A DNA stretch of 64,000 bases from Alphaproteobacteria bacterium (GCA_030739855.1 JASLYJ010000003.1:6276-70275), one strand, 5' to 3'. Shown: positions 38,557-48,560, counted from the first letter of the stretch. Program-made: numbers and translations. Notes: generated by a model not told the origin, from the sequence alone.

Positions 38557-38592
38557 GGCACCGCCCCGTTTCTTGTCTTCGCGGAAAGACGG

Positions 38593-39330
38593 TTAGGACT
38601 CGGAATCCTTGGAATCGCCCTTGGAATCCCTGCCTTCTTCGGCTTTCTCTCCCTTGGGAGCCTCGGCGCCTTCCACGGCCTCGCCTTCCTCGCCTTCGGG
38701 CAGCTCGCCCTCTTCCAGTTCGCCCTCTTCAAGCTCGACCTCTTCGGGCTCGGGCTCGACCACAATGGTGGGAGCGGCGATGGTGGCGACCGTAAAGTCG
38801 CGGTCGACGATGGTGGGCACCACGCCTTCGGGCAGGTCAAGATCACTTATATGAACGCTGTCGCCGATATCGAGTCCGGTTAGGTCCACCTCGAAGGCCG
38901 TGGGAATGTTGGCCACGGCACAGATCACCTCGATGTCGTGGCGCACCACGTTGATGACCCCGCCTCGCTTGAGCCCGGGGGATTCTTCCTCGTTCAGGAA
39001 CACCACCTCGATATTCACGTGCAGCTTGGTGTCCGCGGTAACGCGAAGAAAATCCACGTGAATGGGTTGATCGGTAAGGGGATGCAGCTGCACGTCACGG
39101 GGCAGCACGCGGTGTTTGGTTCCGTCCACCTCGATATCGTACTGGCGCACGAAAAAGCCCTGTTGGCCGATCTCGCGGCCGAGCAGCTTGCTCTCCAGCG
39201 AGATTGTCACAGGGTCCTTCTTGTCGCCATAGATAACACAGGGCACAAGGCCAGCCTTGCGGACGGCACGGGCATTCCCCTTTCCGGCCCGTTCGCGCTT
39301 TTCGGCGGAGATGGTTGCAATTTCCGGCAT
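38593..39330 (-). CDS. rplY: 50S ribosomal protein L25 / general stress protein Ctc
   Basis: Contains AEKRERAGKGNARAVRKAGLVPCVIYG and a beta-barrel domain. It has a long acidic C-terminal tail (EPEPEEVELEEGELEEGELPEGEEGE...). Confidence 0.9.
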   Translation of the reverse strand: MPEIATISAEKRERAGKGNARAVRKAGLVPCVIYGDKKDPVTISLESKLLGREIGQQGFFVRQYDIEVDGTKHRVLPRDVQLHPLTDQPIHVDFLRVTADTKLHVNIEVVFLNEEESPGLKRGGVINVVRHDIEVICAVANIPTAFEVDLTGLDIGDSVHISDLDLPEGVVPTIVDRDFTVATIAAPTIVVEPEPEEVELEEGELEEGELPEGEEGEAVEGAEAPKGEKAEEGRDSKGDSKDSES

Positions 39331-39434
39331 TTTTTCTCACTCCACAACGTCTGTTGCCGTGTTGTCTTGGCGGCGGTTTCCGGCGCGCCAGCCTCCCAGG
39401 AGTGCCGAGGCGCCGATGGAAAACAGGCGTCCGC

Positions 39435-40367
39435 TCACTCGAAGAGGCTGGACACCGACTTTTCTTCACTGATTCTTAGGATCGCCTCGCCCAGAAGCGA
39501 GGCAATGCTCAACTGTTCTATATTCTTGATCTCACCCATGGCTTCGGTGGCCATGATGCTGTCGGTGATGACGAGCCGGTCAAGCGGCGAGGAGGCCACC
39601 CGATCCACGGCGCCGCCCGAAAGCACGCCGTGGGTGACATAGGCGGTAACGCCCGAGGCCCCCGCATCAATCAGCGCCTGGGCCGCGTTGCATAGGGTCC
39701 CGGCGGAATCGACGATGTCGTCCACCAGGACGCAATGGTATTCGTCCACGTCGCCGATGATGTTCATAACCTCGGATACGCCGGCCCGTTCGCGGCGCTT
39801 GTCGATGATAGCGAGGTCGACGCTGATGCTCTTGGCGATGGCGCGGGCGCGCACCACGCCGCCCACATCGGGGGAAACGATCATCAGCTGCTTGCTCCTG
39901 TATTTTTCCTTGATGTCCTTGATGAAAACCGGCGCAGCGAACAGGTTGTCGGTGGGAATGTCGAAAAAGCCCTGAATCTGCCCAGCGTGAAGATCGAGGG
40001 TCAGCACCCTGCTGGCCCCGGCCACGGTGACAAGATTGGCCACCAGCTTGGCGGAAATAGGGCTGCGGGGGCCTGATTTGCGGTCCTGACGGGCATAGCC
40101 GTAATAGGGGATTACGGCGGTGATGCGGCGCGCCGATCCACGCTTCAGGGCGTCAATGGCCACCAGCAGTTCCATCAGGTTGTCATTGGCCGGAAACGAG
40201 GCGGACTGGATAAAAAACACATCCTCGCCACGCACGTTTTCGAGAATCTCAACAAACACCTCCATGTCAGGAAAACGGCGGATGCTCGCCTTTGTCATGG
40301 GCAGGTTGAGATAGGCGCTGATGGCCTCGGCCAAGGGTGGATTGCTGTTTCCTGCGAGTATCTTCAT
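39435..40367 (-). CDS. prs: ribose-phosphate pyrophosphokinase
   Basis: Contains [26 protein letters not shown] and [10 protein letters not shown]. Start moved to ATG 40367. Confidence 0.93.
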   Translation of the reverse strand: MKILAGNSNPPLAEAISAYLNLPMTKASIRRFPDMEVFVEILENVRGEDVFFIQSASFPANDNLMELLVAIDALKRGSARRITAVIPYYGYARQDRKSGPRSPISAKLVANLVTVAGASRVLTLDLHAGQIQGFFDIPTDNLFAAPVFIKDIKEKYRSKQLMIVSPDVGGVVRARAIAKSISVDLAIIDKRRERAGVSEVMNIIGDVDEYHCVLVDDIVDSAGTLCNAAQALIDAGASGVTAYVTHGVLSGGAVDRVASSPLDRLVITDSIMATEAMGEIKNIEQLSIASLLGEAILRISEEKSVSSLFE

Positions 40368-40504
40368 CTCGTATATCCTGGCAACGGAAGCCGCCCGGGA
40401 ACCGAAAAAAGGAAAACCCAAAAACCCCGTCCGGAAACGGAACCCGGCGGGACGCGGCGGAATGTAACAGGGTGTCGGGGGCCTGTAAACGCCCTTGAAA
40501 GCGG

Positions 40505-41296
40505 CTAATTTTCGAGAAAGATAACCGACAGGTTGCGGCCGAAATCAGATTCGCCGAAAAGCCGGGCACGGCGGTAACTGAAGAAGCGACCGGCCTCGGC
40601 GCAGGTGTCATAAGGTAACCGAGAGGCGTTCTTGAGTCCCAGAGCATAGAGGCAGTGAAAGATATAGGCCGAAAAATTGAATAAAAAATACCCCTGGCGC
40701 GGGGCCGGAGCAAAAATTTTGTGGTTTCCGATTCCCCAACCAGGGAAGTTGTCCGGGAATTCCGGTCCCACCTCATAGGATCGCATGGAAATGCAGGGGC
40801 CGATAACGGCGGTAATGCGCTCAGGAGCTGCACCGAGACCGGTCATAGCCTCGACCGTAGCCTCGATTACTCCAGCCAGAGCGCCTTTCCACCCCACATG
40901 AGCTATCGCGACCACGCCGACGCGGTTGTCTGCGAACAAGACCGGAGCACAATCAGCGGTAAGAACGCCCAACACCATCTCCGGGGATTTTGTCACCAAG
41001 GCATCCGCCTGTAGCACCTCTCCTTCCTGGACGACCCCCCTCACCACCGCCACCGTGGCACTATGGGTCTGATGGGGCGTGACAAGAGAATTGGGAGACA
41101 CGTCTAGCCGCACCATGGCCCGGTCGCGATTTATGCGTACACATTCCGGATCATCATTGGAACCGGGACCACAATTAAGCGACTCATAAATGCCCGTGCT
41201 CACCCCCCCCTGACGGGTAAAGAAGGCATGATGGATACCACTATGATTATTGAAAGCCCCAGAACTGACGATAGGAACGGAAGTATCGGCGGTCAT
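40505..41296 (-). CDS. pgeF: YfiH/PgeF family (DUF152) purine-nucleoside / peptidoglycan-editing enzyme
   Basis: Contains [24 protein letters not shown] and HVGWKG, the typical DUF152 His/Cys/His arrangement. Confidence 0.8.
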   Translation of the reverse strand: MTADTSVPIVSSGAFNNHSGIHHAFFTRQGGVSTGIYESLNCGPGSNDDPECVRINRDRAMVRLDVSPNSLVTPHQTHSATVAVVRGVVQEGEVLQADALVTKSPEMVLGVLTADCAPVLFADNRVGVVAIAHVGWKGALAGVIEATVEAMTGLGAAPERITAVIGPCISMRSYEVGPEFPDNFPGWGIGNHKIFAPAPRQGYFLFNFSAYIFHCLYALGLKNASRLPYDTCAEAGRFFSYRRARLFGESDFGRNLSVIFLEN

Positions 41297-41336
41297 AACG
41301 GGCCCTGTGTTGTTACAGAAAATGAGTTGGGAGAAA

Positions 41337-42422
41337 CTAGAATCCCGCAGGCACCGGCTGCGATGAGCCCGTGAGGGCGAAAGCCTTAAACAGGGTGCCC
41401 ATTTCCTCCTCTGAGATCAAGCGCTGGCAGCCGCTTTTCAGAAGCCAGCGCTCTTTCTCCGGCACGGATTCGGTTAGCTGTACGGTACGGGCCTCGATCC
41501 CTAGAGAGCGCAGGAACGCGCCTTGAGAAAGCGGACCGTGGACATGTATTCCTGAGTCCAAGGCCGTAGTCGTGAGGGCGGCGAAATCCACGTGAGCGGT
41601 GATGTCGGTGTAGCCCGGTGCCTCCAGAACGGCACATGGGCAATGACCACGTACCGCCTGAAGGGTGTCCCCGATGGCGCTCCGGGCATAGCCGTAATCC
41701 ACCACCAAGGCCGCGCCTCCATAACAACCGAGGCGCGCGGAGAGGTCGCTTAAGAAGGTTAAACCGCCGGGACATATTTCGGTGATGCTTCCTGGAGGCG
41801 CATCCGCCACCTCAGTTGCGGCCAAAGTCTCCGGTAGAGAAACGGTTCCTTCGGTAAGCAGGAAGCGGAACCCGCCCGTCTCCGAGTCTAGCCCCACTAG
41901 GCGTTCGCGCCAGCCATCAGCCGCTCGTTGAAACTGATGCACAGGCAGGGCGTCAAGAAACTCGTTGGCCATAAGCAGTAGAGGAACCTCCCCAAAAATG
42001 CGGTCAAGGGACTCTACCCAAACCACCTCGTGGTCGTGGAGGACTTCTTCCTGATGAGCTCTTAATACTGGGCTGTTTTCCACAAGATGTACCCGTGCCG
42101 CAGCAAGAAAATCAGGATTCATAGATACCGCACGTAGGGCATCCGCCATCAGGGTACCGCGCCCCGGCCCCATCTCCACCAAGAGAAAAGGATCGGGAGA
42201 TCCCAAGCACCGCCAGTAATCGAGACACCACAGGCCCAGCAGTTCTCCGAAGACTTGGGTGATTTCGGGGGCGGTGATAAAATCTCCGGCACGGCCCAAT
42301 GGATCGCGCTTCATATAATAGCCGAATTCTGGATGGCCCAAAGCTGCTGCCATGTATTGGGCTACAGTGAGCGGGCCCTCACTCTTCATGCGTGCACGCA
42401 GCTCCGTCTCCAGCCCCGTCAC
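41337..42422 (-). CDS. class I SAM-dependent methyltransferase, MidA/NDUFAF7 (DUF185) family
   Basis: Contains GDFITAPEITQVFGELLGLW, EMGPGRGTLM and ANEFLDALPVHQF. Confidence 0.8.
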   Translation of the reverse strand: MTGLETELRARMKSEGPLTVAQYMAAALGHPEFGYYMKRDPLGRAGDFITAPEITQVFGELLGLWCLDYWRCLGSPDPFLLVEMGPGRGTLMADALRAVSMNPDFLAAARVHLVENSPVLRAHQEEVLHDHEVVWVESLDRIFGEVPLLLMANEFLDALPVHQFQRAADGWRERLVGLDSETGGFRFLLTEGTVSLPETLAATEVADAPPGSITEICPGGLTFLSDLSARLGCYGGAALVVDYGYARSAIGDTLQAVRGHCPCAVLEAPGYTDITAHVDFAALTTTALDSGIHVHGPLSQGAFLRSLGIEARTVQLTESVPEKERWLLKSGCQRLISEEEMGTLFKAFALTGSSQPVPAGF

Positions 42423-42429
42423 AGCATTC

Positions 42430-43266
42430 TCACGAGTTGGTTTCTCCCGCTTTGTTATCTGGAGGTTCCGTGTTGTCTTCTCGCACCACTTTCGTAGTCA
42501 GCCACAGGCCGAAAAGAAAAATAGGCAGAGAGAGAAGCTGCCCCATGGTGACTCCGGAAAAAAGGTAGCCGAGATGGGCGTCGGGCTGGCGGAAAAACTC
42601 CACTACGATGCGCGACAGGCCATAGCCCATAGTAAAGACTCCGCTGACCAGTCCCGGCCTTTCTAAGGCGCGGCCGTAGCGAATCAGGGCATAGAGTAAG
42701 AAAAACAGGGCTGGTCCTTCAAGGATCGCCTCGTAGAGCTGGCTGGGATGACGGGGATAGGGCCCACTGTGAGGGAAGACCATTGCCCAAGGCACATCAG
42801 AGACTCGGCCATAGAGTTCGCCATTGATGAAATTGGCGAGCCGACCGAAGAAAAGGCCGAGTGGAGCGGCGGCAGTAACAAAGTCGCCAAGCTTAAGAAA
42901 AGGAATGGCATGACGGCGACAGAAAAGAGCAATGGCGGCGATCAGACCAAGAAATCCGCCGTGGAAAGACATGCCGCCCTCCCACACCAGGAAAATTTCT
43001 TCCGGATTGCTGAGATAAAATCCAGGCTTATAGAACAAAGTATAGCCCAGCCGTCCGCCCAGAATCACCGCCAGAGTCGCCCATAACAGAAAGTCGTCGA
43101 TCCTCTGCGGGGCGATTGTCGCCAGCGGACGCTTCGCCAGCGCTAGACAGTAGCGCCAGCCCAGAACCAGCCCAGCGATATAGGCCAGGGAATACCAGCG
43201 GATGAGCAGCGGCCCTAGTGCCAAGGCTACTGGGTCAATATGAGGATAAGGAAGAACCAAAATCAC
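42430..43266 (-). CDS. lgt: prolipoprotein diacylglyceryl transferase
   Basis: Contains IRWYSLAYIAG, GGMSFHGGFLG, GRLANFINGELYGR and HPSQLYEA. Confidence 0.92.
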   Translation of the reverse strand: MILVLPYPHIDPVALALGPLLIRWYSLAYIAGLVLGWRYCLALAKRPLATIAPQRIDDFLLWATLAVILGGRLGYTLFYKPGFYLSNPEEIFLVWEGGMSFHGGFLGLIAAIALFCRRHAIPFLKLGDFVTAAAPLGLFFGRLANFINGELYGRVSDVPWAMVFPHSGPYPRHPSQLYEAILEGPALFFLLYALIRYGRALERPGLVSGVFTMGYGLSRIVVEFFRQPDAHLGYLFSGVTMGQLLSLPIFLFGLWLTTKVVREDNTEPPDNKAGETNS

Positions 43267-43308
43267 GGTCTACTCCCGCATCTAGGGCAAGCGGCGTAAA
43301 TACTACCG

Positions 43309-44292
43309 CTATTTATAGGGATCCGGAGTATCGAGAAACTCCCGCACATAACGCTGCACTCCCTCTTCTAGGGAGGCAAACGGGTTGGCGTATCCAGTTA
43401 CGCGCAGGCGGTCCATACGGGCCTGGGTGAAATACTGGTAATGGTCGCGAATTTCCTCGGGTATGTCCATGTACTCTATGGCGCATTCCAATCCCAACGT
43501 CCCGTAGACAGCTGCGGCAAGATCGGCGAAGCTCCGCGCCTTTCCCGTGCCCAGATTATAGATCCCGTTCAAGTCAGGATTGTCGAGAAACCACAACATC
43601 ACATCTACACAGTCCTTAACCCAGATAAAATCGCGTAGTTGGCCGCCATCCTTATAGTCGGGTTGGTGCGACTTGAACAACCGACACGGCTTTCCCTCCC
43701 TGGCCACGGGGAAAATCTGGCAAACCACGCTTTTCATATCACCCTTGTGGTACTCGTTGGGACCATAGACATTAAAAAACTTGAGCCCTGCCCATTGTGG
43801 GGGGGCCTCACCACCACGGCTCAAACCCAGCACATGGCGGTCGAACAGATGCTTGCTCCAGCCGTAGAGGTTGAGGGGACGCAGCACGGCCAAGGCAGCG
43901 TCGCTTTCATCATCGTTGAAACCTTGGGAGCCGTCGCCGTAGGTGGCCGCCGAAGAGGCGTAGATAAAACGCTTCTCGTGCCTACAGCACCATTTCCACA
44001 GGTCCAGGGAGAATCGGATATTGGTGTCGAGGACAAGGTTCACGTCGGTCTCGGTGGTGGACGATATGGCGCCCATGTGAAAAAGTGCAGTCAAATCCCC
44101 TCCCAGATCATCGAGAAATGCAAAAATCTCTTCTGGGGGGACGATTCGCGAAATGTTACGTTTGTCGAGGTTGCGCCACTTGTCACCCTTTTCCTGCCGG
44201 TCACAGACCACAATTTCACCGTCGGCGCGCGCTTCCAACCCCGCCGCTAGATTCGAGCCGATAAAACCGAGGCCGCCGGTGATCAGATACAT
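43309..44292 (-). CDS. hldD: ADP-L-glycero-D-manno-heptose 6-epimerase
   Basis: Contains MYLITGGLGFIGSN, YASSAATYGDG and LNLYGWSKHLFD, as in RfaD. Start moved to ATG 44292. Confidence 0.85.
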   Translation of the reverse strand: MYLITGGLGFIGSNLAAGLEARADGEIVVCDRQEKGDKWRNLDKRNISRIVPPEEIFAFLDDLGGDLTALFHMGAISSTTETDVNLVLDTNIRFSLDLWKWCCRHEKRFIYASSAATYGDGSQGFNDDESDAALAVLRPLNLYGWSKHLFDRHVLGLSRGGEAPPQWAGLKFFNVYGPNEYHKGDMKSVVCQIFPVAREGKPCRLFKSHQPDYKDGGQLRDFIWVKDCVDVMLWFLDNPDLNGIYNLGTGKARSFADLAAAVYGTLGLECAIEYMDIPEEIRDHYQYFTQARMDRLRVTGYANPFASLEEGVQRYVREFLDTPDPYK

Positions 44293-44506
44293 TTTTATTC
44301 TGCCGTCATTGGGGGAATTGGAGACTGCATTACCGGCTTTCGTTATAGGCATCCCCCCGAAATGCCGCAAGGGGAGGGTCGCGTAGGAAAGACAAACGGT
44401 TGCACCCTATGCTCCGGGGGTTCCATAATAAGGGCGCAGAACACGCCTTCTCCAGTGTTGTGCCCATATTGCTGCCCGTCACCACCTAGTTTACGAGAGC
44501 CTAGCC

Positions 44507-44896
44507 ATGCAGACTCGCAACCATATTCTCGACGATCTGGCCAAAGTAGCCGGCGGTGCCCTGTCGGTGGCGACCGGAATCAAAAGAGAGACAGAGGTCG
44601 TCCTACGTCAGCAGTTTGAGAAGGTTCTCAATAAGATGGACCTGATCTCACGCGAGGATTTCGAGGCGGTACGAGCCATGGCAGCCAAAGCTCGCAACCA
44701 GCAAGAAGAACTAAGCAAGCGGGTGGCAGTGCTGGAGACTGCGCTGAAAATAAAACCGCGGCACAAGCCCGCTACGAAAAAAACCGCCACCAGGCGCGCC
44801 TCGAAAAAATCCCCTGCCCGAACGACAAAACCTAGCAATTGGAAGACTAAGACTGCCAAAAGTGAAACTCCCGGTATAAAAGGCGCTAAGGGCTGA
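44507..44896 (+). CDS. ubiK: UbiK/YqiC (BMFP) family accessory factor with Lys-rich C-terminal extension
   Basis: N-terminus ILDDLAKVAGGALSVATGIKRE...VLNKMDLISREDFEAV, the coiled-coil pattern of YqiC/UbiK. The last 45 residues or so are basic and low-complexity. Confidence 0.7.
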   Translation: MQTRNHILDDLAKVAGGALSVATGIKRETEVVLRQQFEKVLNKMDLISREDFEAVRAMAAKARNQQEELSKRVAVLETALKIKPRHKPATKKTATRRASKKSPARTTKPSNWKTKTAKSETPGIKGAKG

Positions 44897-44916
44897 GCCT
44901 ATCGACTCCTTCCCTC

Positions 44917-44946
44917 TTATCCCCGCTATCCCCACCTTTATCCACA
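44917..44946 (+). promoter_or_regulatory. three tandem, same-orientation DnaA-box-like 9-mers
   Basis: TTATCCCCG (44917-25), CTATCCCCA (44926-34) and TTATCCACA (44938-46). The third is a perfect match to the consensus TTATCCACA. Binding is not shown. Confidence 0.4.
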
Positions 44947-45105
44947 ACATTTAGTGTTTCTGCATGTGTGTAGGCATAAATCTATGTTGCGCGGGGGTCG
45001 TCATTCTGGCACCCTACTATCTATAGTGTACATATACCCAAGCCCCACGACATATCTGATGCCCTGGGGCCCGTGGTCGGCGGCTTGCACTAGGAGGGCT
45101 CGGTC

Positions 45106-45609
45106 ATGATTACTCATCACATTGAGACCTGTGATATTCCGGCTAACCCTCTCGACCTCATGGAGGAAATCGTCAGCTCTAACGAATGGCCTTTCGACCG
45201 CCCCAGCGACCGTGAGCTGAGGGTGGAATTTTCCGGCCAGTGGTGTGACTACCGCCTTTATTTCGGCTGGGCTAAGGAAATTAGCGCCATGCAGTTTTCT
45301 TGCGCCTATGACATGAAGGTGCCAGAGCCCAAGATTTCGGAGGTATGCACGCTACTTTCCATAATCAACGAACGACTGTGGGTAGGTCATTTCGATCTTG
45401 CCTCCGAGAGCCGGCTACTGTCCTTCCGCCACGGGGTTCTGCTGCGTGGGATGCACGGCGCCAGCGTGGAACAGCTGGAAGATCTTGTAGATATCGCGCT
45501 CTCGGAATCTGAACGCTATTATCCGGCCTTTCAACTTGTGGTCTGGGGTGGACGTACGCCTCTACAAGCCATAGACACCGCCCTTCTCGAGACGGTCGGC
45601 GAAGCGTGA
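45106..45609 (+). CDS. YbjN-domain protein
   Basis: 167 aa. Its stop overlaps the proC start (GTGA). Call based on general resemblance (NPLDLMEEIVSSNEWPFDR...) and the recurrent ybjN-proC pairing in alphaproteobacteria, from memory. Confidence 0.55.
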   Translation: MITHHIETCDIPANPLDLMEEIVSSNEWPFDRPSDRELRVEFSGQWCDYRLYFGWAKEISAMQFSCAYDMKVPEPKISEVCTLLSIINERLWVGHFDLASESRLLSFRHGVLLRGMHGASVEQLEDLVDIALSESERYYPAFQLVVWGGRTPLQAIDTALLETVGEA

Positions 45610-46436
45610 TAACGCTACCTTCTTCCCTGCTTCTCGTGGGCTACGGGAAGATGGGGAGCGCCCTTCTTGAACACTGGTTTAATCACGGCCTTACCACCGG
45701 GGCGGTTGTGGTGGTGGAACCCCATGAGGAGACCGCCACGGCCCTACGCAAACGTCACGGTCTCACAGTCCTTTCCTCCCCCTCCGAAACCAAAGGTGTG
45801 CCGCAGGTGGTGGTCTTCGCTATCAAGCCACAGATGATGGAGGAAGCATTGCCCCAGTATGCCAAGCTCGGTGCCGCTGGAACGAGTTCCGGGGCTCTCT
45901 TCGTTTCCATTGCTGCCGGACGCACCATTGCCTCCTTGACCCGTCATCTGGGGGCAGATGCTGCCATTGTGCGTGCTATGCCCAATATACCTGTGGCTAT
46001 CGGCCACGGCATGACCGTAGCCTGCGCCAGTCCTACTGTCGGAAACACTCAACGCGAGCTCGCTGCTGACCTGTTCACGGCGGCTGGTGCTTTCACCTGG
46101 GTCGATTCCGAAAATCTGCTCGATCCGGTAACGGCAGTTTCGGGAAGTGGTCCAGCTTACGTGTTCCTGCTGGCCGAATGCTTAGCTCGCGCCGGAGTGG
46201 CCGCCGGACTCGACGAAGATCTAGCCCAGCAGCTGGCGTGCGCTACGGTATCGGGCAGCGGCGCACTCCTGGACAAAACACGCAAGACAGCAGCACAATT
46301 GCAGAGAGATATCGCCAGCCCTGGTGGTACCACCGAAGCGGCGTTGGAGGTTCTCATGGCGGAGCCGGGGATGCAAAAGCTTCTCACCGAAGCTGTGGCC
46401 GCCGCCACAGCGCGAGCGCGCCAACTCTCCAAATAG
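45606..46436 (+). CDS. proC: pyrroline-5-carboxylate reductase
   Basis: Contains LLLVGYGKMGSAL, AIKPQ, SGSGPAYVF and SPGGTTEAAL. Confidence 0.9.
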   Translation: MITLPSSLLLVGYGKMGSALLEHWFNHGLTTGAVVVVEPHEETATALRKRHGLTVLSSPSETKGVPQVVVFAIKPQMMEEALPQYAKLGAAGTSSGALFVSIAAGRTIASLTRHLGADAAIVRAMPNIPVAIGHGMTVACASPTVGNTQRELAADLFTAAGAFTWVDSENLLDPVTAVSGSGPAYVFLLAECLARAGVAAGLDEDLAQQLACATVSGSGALLDKTRKTAAQLQRDIASPGGTTEAALEVLMAEPGMQKLLTEAVAAATARARQLSK

Positions 46437-46492
46437 ATATTCGCAGACGTTAGACTCCCAATCTACAAATCTTCTCTAAAGCTCCATATATG

Positions 46493-46578
46493 TGCGCCGC
46501 AAAATTATATTGCATCGCACAATGACTATTGACTTAGGAGTCTATCTGATCCATATTAACACTCTATTGTGCAGTGCA
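46493..46578. promoter_or_regulatory. phasin promoter region with three TGC-N3-GCA palindromic motifs (PhaR-operator-like)
   Basis: TGCGCCGCA (46493-501), TGCATCGCA (46511-19) and TGCAGTGCA (46570-78). TTGACT (46529-34), 17 nt, then CATATT (46552-57) lies between the second and third motifs. Confidence 0.4.
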
Positions 46579-46622
46579 GCATAATTATACGCGTAAAAAT
46601 ACCTCTTTATGGAGAATTGAAA

Positions 46623-47093
46623 ATGAGTGCCAATACAGCCAACCCCTTCCCCGAGATGGATTTCACCAAGGTGATGTCTGCCTTTAAGATTCCGGCAGTT
46701 AACACCGAGGGAATCATGGCTGCTCACAAAAAGAATGTAGATGCCCTTACCAGCGCCGGTCAGCTTGCCTTTGAAAGCGTGCAGGAGATCACCAAGCGCC
46801 AGGGCGAAATGATTAGCCAAGGTGTCGAGGAATTGACCGGCATCACCAAAGACGCCGCCATCCCGAGCTCTATCGAGGAATCCACCATCAAGGGTGCACA
46901 GGCTGTCAAGACCGTCTATCAGTCTGTGCTCGCCAATAGCTGGGATCTCAACGACATGGCCACCAAGACCACATCTAAGAGCCTAGGCCTCATCAACAAG
47001 CGTGTTGCCGAGTCCCTCGATGAGGTCAAAGACTACTTCACGAACCCAGTGAAACCAGTCTCGTCCCCAACCAAGGCTACTGACGTCAGTTAA
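46623..47093 (+). CDS. phasin family PHA-granule-associated protein
   Basis: Contains MSANTANPFPEMDFTKVMSAFKIP...NVDALTSAGQLAFESVQEITKRQGEMI, a typical alphaproteobacterial phasin. Start moved to ATG 46623. Confidence 0.8.
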   Translation: MSANTANPFPEMDFTKVMSAFKIPAVNTEGIMAAHKKNVDALTSAGQLAFESVQEITKRQGEMISQGVEELTGITKDAAIPSSIEESTIKGAQAVKTVYQSVLANSWDLNDMATKTTSKSLGLINKRVAESLDEVKDYFTNPVKPVSSPTKATDVS

Positions 47094-47173
47094 GTCCAGC
47101 AGAAACTAGAAGTTAGGCAGGGAATTCGCAATCCTTCCCCTTGTTGGGTTCCCGGCTTCCTTCCATTGAAATT

Positions 47174-47200
47174 AGGACCGCCTGTTGGCGGTCCTTTTTT
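47174..47200 (+). terminator. rho-independent terminator after the phasin gene
   Basis: AGGACCGCC-TGTT-GGCGGTCCT followed by TTTTT. It lies between convergent genes. Confidence 0.8.
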
Positions 47201-47225
47201 ATACCAGGTTTGCAACCCGTCCTTT

Positions 47226-48560
47226 TTAAACTGGCAACCGCACCACCACACGCAGACCACCCAGTGGTGAAGTCTCTAGGGAAATATCACCACCATGGGC
47301 ATGAACAATATCACGCGAAATACTCAGCCCCAGCCCGGCACCGCCACCGTCTAAGTTACGCGCAGAATCGAGCCGGAAGAAAGCCTTAAACACTTCCTCG
47401 CGTTTATCCTCAGGAATGCCTGGACCATCGTCATCAACAGTAATTTCAAGGCCCCCGTCTAGCCGCCGTGCAGCAAGGCGAATATGTTTGGCGTGGCGGG
47501 CGGCGTTTCCCAACAGGTTACCGAGACAACGCCGAAAAGCGTTGGGACGAAGTGGAATAGTCATGCCGGTTGCAGCCTCCAGCTTGATCTCGGCCCCGTT
47601 GCGGCGAGCGTTCCCCACCACCTCCTTCAACAGTGGGTCTACCTCTACTGGTTCCGTATTTCCCTTTCCCTCACCCCTGGCGAAAGCGAGATAGCCCTCG
47701 ATCATGTGTTCCATTTCCACCACGTCTGCAGCCAGGGCCCTAGCCTCCGGCGATTCACCAAGTAGCGCCAATTCCAGCTTCATCCGCGTCAGAACAGTGC
47801 CAAGATCGTGAGAAACCCCAGCCAGCATTTCCGTACGCTGGCTTATCTGACGCTGGATGCGCGCCTGCATAAGCTTGAAGGCCGCCGCCGCCTGTCGCAC
47901 TTCCGCCGCCCCTCCGGGCCTAAAGTCGGGCACATCGCGGCCCTTTCCAAAATTATCAGCGGCCACAGCTAGGCGACGGATGGGGCGCACCTGGTTGCGC
48001 ATGAAGATGGTGGCTACGATGAACAGAATGAGCGAGGTGCCAATCATCCACATGATCAGGATGTAGGTGGTCGAACTGAATAGCAGTTTACGCTTACCAA
48101 GTACGTTCAGTACACCTTCAGGAAGTTGAATTTTTACTTGGACCTTGTCGCCGAAACTCTCGTTGTTAATGTGGAACGGCCGGTGTACCCGTTCGTCCAT
48201 GCCACGCGCTAGCATTTCTGTAATCAGTCCCTTGGGTTTTTCTGCCGTGTCCTCCGAAAGGATCGCACCTTCATCAAAGCTCAGTTCAAGGCCCAGATTC
48301 CCTGGCGAGATGAGAAAGATCCATTCCCTGTCCTTCACATCAGGAAAACGGTTCATGGTGTCGATGACCATGGAAATGTTACCGCTGAAACTGCGCGAGA
48401 GTAGCAGTGAGATGGTTTCCCAGTGGCGGTTGAAGAAAATTAGAGTGGTCACCACCTGAAGCAGGATCAACGGTACGACGATGATGAGGATAGAGCGCCC
48501 AAAAAGAGTACGGGGAAGAAGACGCTTAATTATTTTCATAGGAATTTTTGCTTTCCTCAA
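47226..48560 (-). CDS. EnvZ-like sensor histidine kinase
   Basis: Two TM segments, a HAMP-like linker, H-box LAGVSHDLGTVLTRM, and the ATPase boxes DDDGPGIP and GGAGLGLSI. TTG 48560 overlaps the regulator stop. ATG 48539 is an alternative start. Confidence 0.85.
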   Translation of the reverse strand: MRKAKIPMKIIKRLLPRTLFGRSILIIVVPLILLQVVTTLIFFNRHWETISLLLSRSFSGNISMVIDTMNRFPDVKDREWIFLISPGNLGLELSFDEGAILSEDTAEKPKGLITEMLARGMDERVHRPFHINNESFGDKVQVKIQLPEGVLNVLGKRKLLFSSTTYILIMWMIGTSLILFIVATIFMRNQVRPIRRLAVAADNFGKGRDVPDFRPGGAAEVRQAAAAFKLMQARIQRQISQRTEMLAGVSHDLGTVLTRMKLELALLGESPEARALAADVVEMEHMIEGYLAFARGEGKGNTEPVEVDPLLKEVVGNARRNGAEIKLEAATGMTIPLRPNAFRRCLGNLLGNAARHAKHIRLAARRLDGGLEITVDDDGPGIPEDKREEVFKAFFRLDSARNLDGGGAGLGLSISRDIVHAHGGDISLETSPLGGLRVVVRLPV

